From Octopus sinensis (lineage: Eukaryota), in NCBI RefSeq assembly GCF_006345805.1, contig NC_043021.1, forward strand, positions 24,800,001 to 24,864,000: 64,000 nucleotides of DNA, read 5' to 3'. The position numbers and the translations under genes are program-made. The stretch's first letter is position 1; every line of letters starts with the position of its first letter. Positions 27,010-39,850 of this stretch are shown here, piece after piece. The notes beneath the pieces are model-generated. The model was not told where the DNA came from. It worked only from the letters and a program-made list of their open reading frames with translations, and did no database searches.

Positions 27010-27302
27010 AATGATGATGCTCTTCCAGTTACCAAACTTGTTTTCCAATTAATTTAATTTTTATTTTACACACACGCACACCTGTGCACACATATATAGG
27101 CACAGGTGTGGCTGTGTTGTGTGAAGCTTGCTTCTCAACTACATGGTTCAGGTTTCAGTCCCACTGTGTAGCACCTTGGGCAACTGTCTTGTACTGTAGC
27201 CCCAGGCAGACCAAAGCCTTGTGAGTGGATTTGGTTGATGGAAACTGAAAAAAAAGCCAGTGTATACACACATACATACATACACACATACATACTTATA
27301 TA

Positions 27303-29140
27303 TCATCATCATCATCATCATCATTGATTAACGTCCATTTTCCATGCTGGCATGGGTTGGACGGTTTGGCTGATGTCTGGAGAGCCAGCAGCTGCACCAG
27401 GCTCCAATCTGATCTGCCAAGGTTTCTACAGCTGGATGCCCTTCCTAATGCCAACCACTCCGAGACCGTAGTGGGTGCTTTTTATGTGACACACAAGTGT
27501 CACTCAGGTGGACCTGGCATCAACCATGTTCAGATGGTGCTTTTTATGTGCCACCAGCACATGAGCCAGTCAGGGGGCACCAGCCCCAGCTACGATATTG
27601 ATTTTACTTGACTCAATGGGTCTTCTCAAGCATATCATATCACATCAGGGGTATTCTTAACAGGGCTGGACATGTGTGGCTGCGATCTCACCTTAGATGC
27701 TGGGTCTTCTCAATCACAACATATCTCCAAAGGTCCCGGTCTCCTGTCATTGCCTCTGTGAGGCCCAATGTTCGAAGGTCATGCTTCACCATCTCATCCC
27801 ATGTCATCCTGGGTCTACCTCTTTCACAGGTTCTTTCCACAGTTAGGGAGTGGAACTTCCTCATACAGCTTTCTTCATCCATACGTAACACATGACCATA
27901 CCAATGCAGTCATCTCTCTTGCACACCACATTTGACGCTTCTTATGCCCTACTTTTCTCTCAGGGCCCTTAGACTATGTCGTGTATGCACACTGATATTA
28001 CACACCCAGTGGGTCACACCAGCTGCATTTCTTTCATGTCCTCAGCCCACAGCCCACATTTCACTGCCGTGTAGCATGGCAGTTCGCACACATGCATCAT
28101 ACAGCCTACCTTTCACCCTGAGCGAGAGACCTTTAGTTGCCAGCAGAGGTAGGAGCTCCCTAAAATTTGCCCAGGCTTCTCTTACTCTAGTCACTTCACT
28201 CTCAGAGCAACCACCCCCACTACAGACTTGGTCGCTTAGGTAGCAGAAGCTATTAACTACTTCTAGTTTCTTCCCCTGGCATGTGATGGAATCTGTCTTC
28301 TGTACATCTCCAGTGTTTATTGCCCCAGTACATCTGCCACACAGAAAAACTATTTTCCTGGTTAACCTTTCTTTGATATTGCTGCACGTTTTATGAGTCC
28401 ATAGCTTACACTGGGTACATCATATGGAGTTTCTACCCTTGCCTTTTCTATAGATCAAGCAGGGTCATCTACCTGAAAGGGGGTTGTGATTTGACAGCCT
28501 TCCTACTTATTAAGACTTTGGTTTTGGCTAGGTTAGCCCTAAAGCCCTTTGATTCTAGACCTTGCTTCCACACCTGAAACTTTGTCTCCAGTTCTGGCAG
28601 TGACTCGGCTATTACAGCAAGGTCATCAGCATAGAGGAGCTCCCAAGGGCTGCCTATCTTAAATTCCTCTGTTATTGCCTGGAGGACTATAATGAATAAG
28701 AGGGGGCTGAGGACTGATCCTTGGTGAACCCCTACTTCTACTCAGAATTCTTCACTATACTCATTGCCAACCCTCACCTTACTGACAGCGTCCCTGTACA
28801 GGGCTTGTACAGCTCTTACCAGCCACTCGCCTATCTCCAGTTTCTGCATTGCCCACCAGATAAGGGATCGGTGGTCCTGCCAAAGGCTTTCTCCAAGTCA
28901 ACAAAAGCCAAGTACAAAAGTTTATCTTTGGCTTGGTGTTTCTCTTGTTGCTGTCTTACCAGAAATATAGCATCAGTGGTGCTTCTGCCTGGCACAAAAC
29001 CAAACTGCATCTCATCTAGGCTAACTGTCTCCCTAATTAGTTGGGCTATGACCCTCTCTGTAACTTTCATCACCTAATCCAATAATTTTATACCCCTGTA
29101 GTTATTTCTATCTAAAGCATCACCTTTCCCCTTGTAGCAG
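27303..29140 (-). mobile_element. 5'-truncated RTE-clade LINE (RT, PHD-like insert, C-terminus, 3' UTR, (TGA)n tail)
   Basis: QFGFVPGRSTTDAIF, LAFVDLEKAF, QGSVLSPLLF, ELLYADDL and GRPRMTWDEMVKHDL motifs, with stops and frameshifts. Confidence 0.92.
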
Positions 29141-29925
29141 TTGACTATGGTGCATTTTGGGAGGAAAACCCCAGCATCTACTTACTCCCTCCACAACACT
29201 AATCTCAAAAAGTCTTCTTGTGAACGTGACCTATGTGTTATTGTCGACAGCAATTTGTGTTGGACAAAACACATCGCTAAAATTGCCAAGAAGGCTGAGG
29301 GTGTCTTGGCATCACTCACCAAGTTCTTTGTGAGCTGCTCTCTGGCTATCCATCTGCGGCTTTATACAGCTATGGTACGACCTCACCTGGAATTTGCATT
29401 ACCAGTCTGGAACCCCTATCTTGCCCAGGATATCAATCGTCTGGAAGCCGTTCAGTGACGTGCAGCCAAGAGAATACCCTCCATCAGGCATTTGCCATTT
29501 CTGAACGCCTTACTTCCCTGGGCATGGATACATTGAAACTCTGACATCTGGCAGCTGACTTGGCAGACACCCATAAAATTATTAGCCATCTTACAAACAA
29601 TAACTCTGAGCACCTTTTCAAACTCCACCCGTCTAACACCCGTGGGCATATTTACAAAGTCAGAAAACAGCACAGCTCCCATGACTTTCGGAAACATTTT
29701 TTCACGCTAAGAGTTGCTGAAGCATGGAACAAACTGCTGGCATCAGTTGTTAGTTGTCGGAGCATTGCATCCTTCAAAACTTCCATGCTTCCTGAGATTC
29801 GCCAACACTACACCTGATTTTCTCCCCTCCATACACTCGCAAGCATACATTGTTCACGTTCCAGACATTTGTACATTACTGCATATACTTTATACGCACT
29901 TTTGACAAGCTGTGGTGCACCTTAT
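29141..29925 (+). mobile_element. CR1-group LINE 3' end
   Basis: ERDL.VIVDS.L, YTAMVRPHLEF...WNPY, TRGH.YK...RKHFFTLRVAEAWNKL. Ends in a (TTA)n tail. Confidence 0.88.
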
Positions 29926-30219
29926 TATTATTATTATTATTATTATCATTATTTACACCAGTCATTGGGTATGATTCCTTCGTGAACTACCTGATTTACG
30001 ATGCAGGTGACAAGACCGTAACCCACACTGCCCAATATTTTAAGCATCCCAGCATAGATTCCTGATGGTGCTATCCCTGTCTTCATATCCTTAATTGCTT
30101 TATCTACCTGGGTACTGTCGATTCAGATAGCTGGTCCCTCAATGGAGTCAATCTTTGGGAAACTCTCCTCCTCCCATTCATTCTCCACATTTGGCAGTCT
30201 TTCATAATGGCTATATATA

Positions 30220-30288
<69 letters not shown>

Positions 30289-30493
30289 CCAACAACTGAT
30301 GAAGGGTCGTTCTTTATGTTGTTTGTCTTGTTTTCCATTTGTGTCCCTTCGTTGTTTGAAAAAATAGTTCATATTCCATGTATTCGTACTTCATATTTTT
30401 CGTTGTACACGTTTCGTGACGTCCTGTGCCCACATATGCATATATATATATATATATATATTATTTATATTATATATATACATATATATATAA

Positions 30494-30523
<30 letters not shown>

Positions 30524-30524
<1 letters not shown>

Positions 30525-30940
30525 GGTGCAGGAGTGGCTGTGTGGTAAGTAGCCTGCTTACCAACCACACGATTCCGGGTTCAGTCCCACTGCGTGGCAC
30601 TTTGGGCAAGTGTCTTCTGCTATAGCCTCAGCCCAGCCAAAGCCTTGTGAGTGGACTTGGTAGATGGAAACTAAGAGAAGCCTGTCTTACGTATATATAT
30701 ATATGTGTGTGTGTGTGTGTATATGTTTGTGTCTGTGTATGTTTGTCTCCGCCCCCCCCCCATCACTTGACAACCGATGTTGGTGTGTTTACATCTCCAT
30801 AACTTAGTGGTTTGGCAAAAGAGACTGGTGGAATAAGTACCAGGCATTAAAAATTAGTTCCAGTGTCTATTCTTCAAAAATTCTTCTAGGTGGTGCTCCA
30901 GCATGGCCACACTCTAATGATTAAAACAAGTAAAAGATAA
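30524..30940 (+). mobile_element. SINE family A, more diverged copy
   Basis: Same head, body and tail as the other family A copies. Confidence 0.85.
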
Positions 30941-31049
30941 AAAAAGGATAACAGATATATACACACACACACACACACATGTAGATGTGAGTGGGGGGGT
31001 GTCCTTGTCTTGAGACCCTGTAATTGTTGCAAACAAGTGCCATGCCTTT

Positions 31050-31445
31050 TCGTTAGTATGCCGGGCGAAATGCTTAGTGGTATTTCGTCTGCCACTATGT
31101 TCTGAGTTCAAATTCCACCCAGGTCGACTTTGCCTTTCATCTTTTCAGGGTCGATAAATTAAGTACCAGTTACGCACTGAGGTCGATATAATCGACTTAA
31201 TCCGTTTGTCTGTCCTTGTTTGTCCTCTCTGTGTTTAACCCCTTGTGGGTAGTAAAGAAATAGGTATTTCGTCTGCCACTACGTTCTCTGTTCAAATTCC
31301 ACTGAGGTCAACTTTGCCTTTCATCCTTTCAGGGTCGATAAATTAAGTTCTAATTATGCACTGGGGTTGATATAATCAACTTAATCCCTTTGTCTGTCTT
31401 TGTTTGTCCCCTCTATGTTTAGCCCCTTGTGGGCAGTAAAGAAAT
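31050..31445 (+). mobile_element. SINE family B tandem dimer
   Basis: Unit ggtatttcgtctgccacta...ccccttgtggg.agtaaagaaat is repeated head-to-tail (junction ~31262). Confidence 0.85.
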
Positions 31446-32203
31446 GTCATGCCTTTTCAGTCTTCCATGCAAAACATGTCTGGCCTTGGAGAAATATTAT
31501 TTTGCTTAGAAACGGGTGAAGATTGACAAGAAGAATAGCGTTTGGCTGTAGAACTGCTGCCTCACCAAATTCCGTTTCACTCATCCAAACCTAGAAAAAG
31601 TGCAGTTTAAAAACGACAATGATGATGATGATGATGACGACGACATATTTGTTGCACAAACTTTATTTCCAAATGAATGCCCCAGGAGGTCAATGTGTAT
31701 CTGAAAAGTATAAGGTCAAGGTTTGGGCAACTTACAATGATGGTGAGGTGAAGAAACTTCCTTCCTCTTGCACCTGATGACCCATCAGCTGCAGTAAATA
31801 TTTTGCATATTTTCATAAACAAACTAATCTAACCTCGCTTAATCTAATCTTCTCAGTATTATTGATAGATTAGATTAAGTTCAGTTTCAGTTTGTTTATT
31901 TATGAAACTGTACAAAATATATCTCTTGGTGGTCAGTAGGAATAATTTCACAAGTTTATTTTATGAAATTTTTTTTGTTATATTTTACTTGTTTCAGTCA
32001 TTAGACTGCGGCCATGCTGGGGCACCACCATGGAAAATTTTATTTGAATTAATCAACCTCAATACCTACTTTTTAAATCTGGTGCTTATTCTCTTGATCT
32101 CCTTTGCTGAACAGCTAAGTTATGGGAACATAAACAAACCAACATTGGTTGTCAAGTGGTGGTAGGGGACAAACACACACACACAAACATATGCACACAT
32201 ACG

Positions 32204-32238
<35 letters not shown>

Positions 32239-33714
32239 GATAGACTTCCACACAGTTTCCATCTACCAAATTCACTCAAAAGTATTGGTTGACCTAGGAC
32301 TATAGTGGAAGACCCTTGTGGCCCAAACGTCCACACAGTGGGACTGAACCTGAATCAAAGATTTTTTGAAAATTTTGCAATTAATTTATATAAAGGACCA
32401 TATTTTATCAAATTAAATTAATTGCATGAAAAATGAAAATGTAATTTTTTTAGTACATTTTTCTTAGTTTTTTTTTTTCTTTTTCATACTTTTATATAGC
32501 AGTGGTGTTACCATCTTTTATTTGCAAACTAATTTCTGCTTTAACGTCCATTTTCCTCTGCTAGCATGAGTTAGATGGATATATTATTGCAGCATTATTT
32601 CACAGCCGGATGCCTTTCCTGCCACTTACCCATACCTGTTTTTAAGTTAGGGACATCTTATTCCACACTCGTTTTTGAAAAAGCAAAGTGAATGACAACC
32701 TGCTTAGGAGGGAAATAATTAACTGAGGGGTTTTGGGAGAAACACAAACGTTAGCAAGTGCACATGCACTCACGCATTATACTCTCACGCACGCACACAT
32801 AAATGCATGTACATACACACACACATGTATTATAAACTCACAAAGGCACACAAATATATACACATGTATATTACACACTTTCTCTCTCTCTCTCCCACAC
32901 ACATACATACACAAGACAAGTTTCTTTCAGCTCCCATCTTCCATATCTATTCACAGGGTATTAGTTGGTGCAGTGCTGTAGCTGGAGACCCAAGGTGCCA
33001 TACAGTGGCACTGAGTCCAAAATCATTGGTTATGGAGCGAATTTCCAGGTGTCTTGGCCTTGTGGGTCAATGACCAAATATTCGATCATATGTTTGGCCT
33101 TGATCTCATTGATTTGCTCAGCAAAGTTAAATGATTATCCATTCAACAGCATCAACCACAGTTTGGAATTTACATTTGGAAAATAAAAAGAAAACAGATT
33201 AAATACCAAAAATACAAATTAAATTGATAAAAGGTGAAGAGAGCTTTTTTTTACTGGAATTTATATTTATTTAATTAAAAAAAAACCCAGCCACACTCAT
33301 TAGTGTTCTGTGAAATATGTATTTTAATTTGGTTTTAAAAAATGGAAGGAAAAATTCTCTGGCTATTGTAACAGATTGCAAATGTTGGTTGAAGGCTAGT
33401 CATTGTTTTCACAGGAATAGGGGTCAGTTAATTACGCCGAGCCCCTTGCTCAACTGGTACTTATTCTGTTGACCCAAAAACAATGAATGGCAAAGTCAAC
33501 CTTGGCAAAATTGGAATTCAGAATATAAAGAGCCAAAAAAACCCCCAAAAAATGCTGCTCTGCATTTTGTTTGGCACACTACCAATTCCACCAGGTGAGT
33601 TTGTCATAGTGACATTGTCCCAGGTGTAAACTTTTGCCTTATTTTATTAACAACCTTCCAGTATGAAGATAAAGAATACTAAGGATGTAAGACAATACAA
33701 ACACAAGGGATTTG

Positions 33715-34165
33715 AAGCAACTTACATGGAAGAACGATTTTAATCTTGAGAACGATTTTAATCAAAATCGATCAATGGAAATTGCAACTGAGATACTACC
33801 AGTGCCAGGGGCACGTAAGAGAACCATCCGAACGTGGCTGTTGCCAGCGCCGCCCCGACTGGCCTCGTGCTGGTGGCACGTAAAAAGCACCATCCGTTCG
33901 TGGCCGTTGCCAGCCTTGCCTGGCCTCCCGTGCTGGTGGCACATAAAAAGCTCCATCCGATCGTGGCCGATGCCGGACCCCCCTGGCACCTGTGCCGGTG
34001 GCATGTAAAAAGCACCCACTACATTCTCGGAGTGGTTGGCGTTAGGAAGGGCATCCAGCCGTAGAAACACTGCCAGATCAGACTGGGCCTGGTGCAGCCT
34101 TCTGGCTTCCCAGATCCCCGGTCGAACCGTCCAACACATGCTAGCATGGAAAGCGGATGTTAAAC

Positions 34166-34198
<33 letters not shown>
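33715..34198 (+). mobile_element. RTE 3'-UTR-derived repeat with internal ~50-bp tandem units and (TGA)n tail
   Basis: Repeated ggtggcacgtaaaaagcacc units, then ggttggcgttaggaagggcatccagc...catgctagcatggaaagcgga. Shorter copies at 4578-4770, 4933-5190, 41250-41400, 45765-46200 and 49720-49880. Confidence 0.8.
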
Positions 34199-35125
34199 AG
34201 AAATCAAACCGTTTCATATGTATTGAGGCTGGAATAAAAAGAAAAAGGAAGACTGCAACATCCTGACACAACACCTGATGCCATCCAGGTGGAAATTAAG
34301 AACATACAGGTTTGATCAGGAAAATGTCAAGTTCAGAAGAAAAAAACAAAAAAAAAACTGTATTTTTATGTGAGGTTTTTTCTTTTATAATGTTATTTAC
34401 AGAGTTTAATTGTCAGAGAAACTGTTTTGTTTTTGCTGAAATCCACTGGCTTTGTTTCAATTAATATTGAAAATGACAAAGAATTTGGTAAAATAACTAT
34501 GTTACTAACAAGACACATATACATCATCATTTGATGCTGGTTGGCAACTGGAAGAGCATCCAGCTCTGCTTTGAACAAACTCCTCTTGACCCATTCAAGC
34601 TTAGAAAAGTAGACATTAAATGATGATGATGATGATGATGATGAATGTAGTGTGATAACCGCAGACATATTTCAGTCTTGTTAAAACCTCCTCAAAAACA
34701 TTATATAATAATTAGAGAGTTGGATAGATTGATTTTCAATAATCTTTGCAGCTCTCTATGTTCTGAGTTCAAATCCTACCAACGTCTGCTTTGCCTTTTA
34801 TCCTTTCAGGGTTGATAAATAAAGTACCACTCAACTTCTGCTATTATATTCTCTCACTCTGTCTTTCTGTCTATCTTTCTTTCTTCTGGAAATGATCAGA
34901 CTCAGAAAGGGATGAACTCTATCTGCCCTAAAAAAGTCCAAGACACTCTACATCACAATGGGACCCCAATGACTCCTGCACAAAATTGAGGCCCCAAAGC
35001 AAACAAAGGAAGTCCAACCATTAGAAGAGATCTTAGAATGACAGGAGTGAAGTACAGGATGCAGCAGCCCCCCCCCCCCCAAAAAAACAACCTTGATTTA
35101 TCATTCTTGATAAACATTTCCCCAA

Positions 35126-35336
35126 CAAACACCACATGGCATCTATCAATCCAAACACCACATGGAATTTTTCAATCCAAACACTACATGGCATATATCA
35201 ATCTAAACACTACATGACATATATCAATCCAAACACCACATGGCATCTATCAATCCAAACACCACATGGCATCTATCAATCCAAACACCACATGGCATAT
35301 ATCAATCCAAACACCACATGGCATTTTTCAATCCAA
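35126..35336. repeat. 26-bp minisatellite, ~8 copies
   Basis: Unit atcaatccaaacaccacatggcatct with variation in the last 5-6 nt. Confidence 0.92.
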
Positions 35337-36055
35337 GCTATGATGGCAACTGAATAAAAGGATGGTAAAGCATTAGTTCCACCAGCACCACACAAATGGC
35401 CGTGTAAAATAGAGCAGGTTTCTATGTCGTACTCTGTGTTCAGGGTTTCTGTTAATGAACACAAGGATCTCATAGCTTGACCCTTCAGCTTCCAGATCCC
35501 CCAGTAAGGCTTATTTATTCAGGTTGTATTTTAAAGACATGATGGTTTCTTATTGGAATGACATTGTAGGGTTGGTGTGAGAGGCCAGATCTGGTTAGTT
35601 TGACCATAAAAGCAGGGAGAAGAATATTTGGGGCCGGTTTAAATGCCAACGACTGACTGGGAAAGATTTGTCAGTGTCACCTGCTGCATGAAAACTTAAT
35701 AGTAAAGTGTATGTTGGTATGCTTGGTGTAGAAGTCAATAATACCCAAGCTGAAAGACCAATACGGAGTCACTAGAGTTACTAGAAACGGCAGCCAAATG
35801 CATGACCGTCGTCTTTCGTGGAAATAGAAGAGTCTAGAACTGCGTTGTCAATTATGCCTCTCTTCTTTTTCATATATTAAAGTGATTTGTGGATAATTTA
35901 GCTATGATTTCTAGCACATCGAGGCTCACTTGTTGCAAAGTAGTGTTTAAAATGCTTGGCCCCTGATCAACTCTGATTGATCTGACCTACAATTAGAAGC
36001 AATCAAGTTGTGACCATCCCTTTGTAATTAAACATGATGTATCTAGGACAGCATT

Positions 36056-36468
36056 AGGATCGTTTCGGTTTGAACGGCAGTTTTTTCTAGCAGTGTCATA
36101 TGAAATTGTCACCCATAATTATGACCCTAGTATCGATCTATTGCATTTCATCTGTTTTAGGGTTAGGGGTGGGGGGAAGGGCTTTTTTTTTCTTCACAAA
36201 TGTAAATAAACCCAATCTGTTTCTTAAACGAGGCACATATTCATACGGCACAGAATGCTTTTTTACCTCAATAGACGTCATTGATTGGTTGAAATTGCAG
36301 AAATTGAAGAAAAAAAACAACAAATATCTTACAAACCATAGAATTTTCTCAATAAAGCCAAGAGAAAGAGATGTTTTATAAACACATTCTACCAGTATGC
36401 GAAGTTTAAAAGTGTTTAGTTACGTGGAAATTATTTTTAAAAACTGCCGTTCAAACCGAAAGGATCCT
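36056..36468. mobile_element. ~410-bp MITE with 30-bp TIRs
   Basis: aggatcgtttcggtttgaacggcagttttt / aaaaactgccgttcaaaccgaaaggatcct (1 mismatch). gcatta is duplicated on both flanks. Confidence 0.85.
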
Positions 36469-36706
36469 TGCATTACACAATATGTCTGGCCTTAGAAAAA
36501 TAAATAAATAAAAGCAATGTGTTACGATTTGAGGAAGATTTCGCTGTTATTTCTAGCAGGACGAGAGAATGATTGACAAAATTTGCAGAGCATCGGACAA
36601 TATGGCTGTTTCCATCCCGGCCATACTCTAATTTCATCTTTCATCCTTATGTGATCGATAAAATAAAATACCAATCAAGCACCGGAGTTAGTTTATATTC
36701 TTAAAG

Positions 36707-36849
36707 GGCGATCCTTCGGTATTGGTCTCCAGAGTATCGGTATGAGGAGGCGACGTCTTTCACTATCTTTTTCAGCCTAGCCTTTTTATCTGCCATGAAG
36801 TAAGGTTGTATGTATGAATGACGTCGTCTACCAATACCGAAGGATTGCT
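36707..36849. mobile_element. ~145-bp MITE, copy 2
   Basis: TIR atccttcggtattggt / accaataccgaaggat. Internal gaggaggcgacgtc and gacgtcgtctacc blocks are shared with 1569-1713. Confidence 0.7.
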
Positions 36850-37312
36850 TTCTTTTAACGCTGCTGAGATGCGAAGAGAAGATTACATCCAAGTGTACTT
36901 ATTAAACAGAGCATAACTATAGTTTAGTACCCCAACCTCTCGTTTGTTTTCCTATAATTTTCTTAATGTTTTTAGTGAAATTTTGTAGATACTGACTATT
37001 TTCGATCTGTATCATGATAGGCTAAAAGTAAACTTCGACGTTTTTTCAACATGCTTTCCAGTTTTATATAAATAACAAATTATAGAAATGAGGATTATGA
37101 CACAGATTTTATTTTTGACGTTGCGCAACATTTAAGGGCAATTGTTGAACGGTTAAAAAGACATAACACATCGTTTCTTTCTGAATTTTTTTTGAATGAA
37201 TCTTTATTACCATCGTAATTGTAATCGCAACCTTCTTAATCGAATCGCTGCAAAACTGAATTCCCAAATATATATTATTAAAGCAATTATAAAATATACT
37301 CATTGGAGGAAG

Positions 37313-37530
37313 AGGAGGTGCGTGGCTTAGTGGTTAGGGTGTTGGACTTGTGATCGTAAGACTGTGGTTTCGATTCCTGGACCGGGCGATGCGCTGTGTT
37401 CTTGAGCAAAACACTTCATTTCACGTTGCTCCAGTCCACTCAGCTGGCAAAATTGAATAATCTGGCGACGGACAGGTGTCCCGTCCAGGTGGGGAATATA
37501 CACGCCATTGAAACCGGTCCTCATGAGCCT
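37313..37530 (+). mobile_element. tRNA-derived SINE family D (related copies ~25890-26240 minus, 53263-53490 plus)
   Basis: A box tggcttagtgg, B box ggtttcgattcc, core tgtgttcttgagcaaaacacttcatttcac. Confidence 0.8.
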
Positions 37531-37540
37531 GGCATAATTC

Positions 37541-37761
37541 GGTTCTACTTGAGAACAGTGGTCCCGGTGCGCGCACTCGCGCTAGCTAGTCATGACTAGT
37601 CGATCCTTACTTTGTGTTTTTGTGTTTTATTTACTTTGTTCAACAAAAATTTTATTTATTTTGCTAGGTAGTCGTTGTAGGATCGACTAGTCACGACTAG
37701 CTAGCTCGGATGCACGACTATGCGAGTACGCGCACCGGGACCACTGTCCTCAAGTAGTACC
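37541..37761. mobile_element. 221-bp MITE with long TIRs and 9-bp TSD (Mutator/MULE-like)
   Basis: TSD gcataattc at 37532-37540 and 37762-37770. Termini GGTTCTACTTGAGAACAGTGGTCCCGGTGCGCG / CGCGCACCGGGACCACTGTCCTCAAGTAGTACC. A second inverted block ctagctagtcatgactagtcgatcct lies inside. Confidence 0.85.
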
Positions 37762-38178
37762 GCATAATTCAAGAAAGAAACATTTTATATTCATTGGAAC
37801 CCTAAAGTCCTGATAAGCCCCTCTAAAACTATTGTTAGGGGCTACACTTGGGACTAAAGCACTCTCTGGGCAAATGAGGATCGAAAAGGTCGACACCGAA
37901 CATTTACTTCCTGTTTCCAAACACATGGCGCTTCGCTGACATTTGAATATAATAATAGATTTTATATACTCACACAGCCGTGTGTGTATATATGTATGTA
38001 TATATATAAGTCTGCAGAAACTATGCATGGTCTAGGACAATAAGGTAAAGGTTTTCATTTTTCATTCACTTTCAGAATTACAATTAATGGCTTGGAGTTT
38101 AACTGCTCTTTCTAGTGTGTCAGATATCCTATTTTTTGGTGGGGTATCTCTTATGTGTTTGAATGTACACTGTATTCT

Positions 38179-38227
<49 letters not shown>

Positions 38228-38519
38228 CACCGTGACCGTGATCACCGTGATCGACCAGGCTATCAGATGTTGCTACACATCGCTGGTCACAATGCGCTTC
38301 GCATTGCCTTAGCCTTCAAATGACGCCACCCCGCTGGCTAAGCGAGCAGGCCAATGTGTATATATATATGTATATATATATATGTATATGTTCTGGATAA
38401 CGTTCGTAATACTTTTGCTTGACAACCTATATTGACGTATTTAAATTTTCTTTGGTAAGTTTAAATTATTCAAATTTAATTTTAGCGAAACTTGTTTGTC
38501 AACTTCAATTAAACATAAC

Positions 38520-38723
38520 AATCATCGCAGACGTTCCCTCCGTGACCATTTCGTTTACTTACCATTATTATTGTTTTGTTTTCCAGAGCGGACTTTCGGA
38601 ACAGCGATTGTTTTCCTTCCTAATTTTCATGCAACAGGAATTACGATTATAAGACGTTTTGTTTTCATTTTTGCCCCCTAATCCTTCCCCGTGATAGCTG
38701 TTCCCGGGATTCCACATTTTCAG
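38520..38723 (+). promoter_or_regulatory. Candidate METTL16 promoter / non-coding first exon
   Basis: The first coding exon begins at a splice acceptor, so an upstream exon must exist. This is a CpG-enriched non-repeat stretch ending in CAG|GTATAA. The start coordinate is approximate. Confidence 0.3.
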
Positions 38724-39029
38724 GTATAATATCTCGCACTATATTATCCAACTCGTCTTCCTTCGTATTTTAGAGACTGTAAGTTGTAAGTTGGTGCCTT
38801 GAAGAATTTTCGCTGCTATTTCTAGCAAATCCATCCATCACATTGTATGTTTGTCCATTGTCTCTTTTGAAGCGAAAATATATAAAATATTTTATCACTA
38901 ATTATTCTGACAACCGAATCAGTAACTTTAAGCTTTCATTTCTCTGAGTAAAATTCTCTGAAAGCTGATTTAAAATAAATATTTTGCTCCATCACAGAAT
39001 ATCCGAGTAAAGTAAGGTAAGATAATACT

Positions 39030-39850
39030 AATGTACCTATTGTACTCAGTGCTCAGGTGCACCACAACTCATCAGAAAAAGGAACCCAAAGTGCTTAAAC
39101 AGTTCGTAGAATATGCACAGGAAGGGAACAACGAAAAAGTCTAAAAAGAAAAAGGAAACGGGAAAGAAGAAAGAAAGAGGAGTGGTGGCCTCGGGTGTAC
39201 TGTCGGCGAATTTCAGGAAGCATGAAAGTGTTTGGAAGACGTAGTGTCACGTAAACAAACAACTGATGCAGATTGCTTATTTGGTGATGCAAGTATGGAT
39301 GTACCCTAGCCATAGACAGCTTTAAATTGATGGTGAGGCTGAGACACCCTTGGTCTTCTTGCCAATCCTAGAGATCGCTGTTGGCAATAACTGACATTCA
39401 CTAGCAACTGGTGTTGTTGAGCGAGTATATAAAAGCTGGGTTTTGCCTCCCAAAGTGCCTGGGGATGCACTTGTCGTTCACAGCCAGCCTGAATTGCCAG
39501 TCAGTAATCCATTGCTGCACTGTGTCCAGGTCTGATTGCAGGAAAGGTTTATAGTGTACGGGAGCTGTTATCTTTATTTCAAGGTACAGCTTGGTGTCAT
39601 CTGCGTATTTCAACACTGCAACATACTTCAATTTGGCGTCTTTATCATTAATGTGTGTGACAAACAGCAGGAGCCCAATCATGGGTCCCTGTGGTACAGC
39701 AAATGTCATCTCATAGGGTAACGAATGATGTCCTAGAACCGTGACTAAATGTTTTCAGCCAAGAATAAAGGACTTCAATCAGTTACAGAGATCATCTTTC
39801 ACAGCCATTGCAGAGAGTTTTGCCATGAATCGTTTGTGTCGCAAATCAGG
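39030..39850 (-). mobile_element. CR1-group LINE fragment with internal deletion
   Basis: VPQG..IG.LLF...IND and YADDTKLY RT motifs. 3' end MLPEIRRQYT matches the copy at 29141-29925. Confidence 0.82.

Noticed and set aside
30288-30440. CUGAUGA followed by AGGG...CCCU pairing as another hammerhead
   Set aside because: No GAAA directly follows the stem, and no stem I or NUH can be assigned. It is probably a repeat fragment.
35126-35336. Regular 26-bp repeats as a CRISPR-like array
   Set aside because: Units are directly adjacent with no unique spacers, the context is eukaryotic and there are no cas genes. It is an ordinary minisatellite.
39783-39793. TACAGAGAT as a METTL16 target nonamer (autoregulation)
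   Set aside because: It mismatches UACAGAGAA, lies in the antisense strand of a CR1 remnant, and has no evident hairpin.
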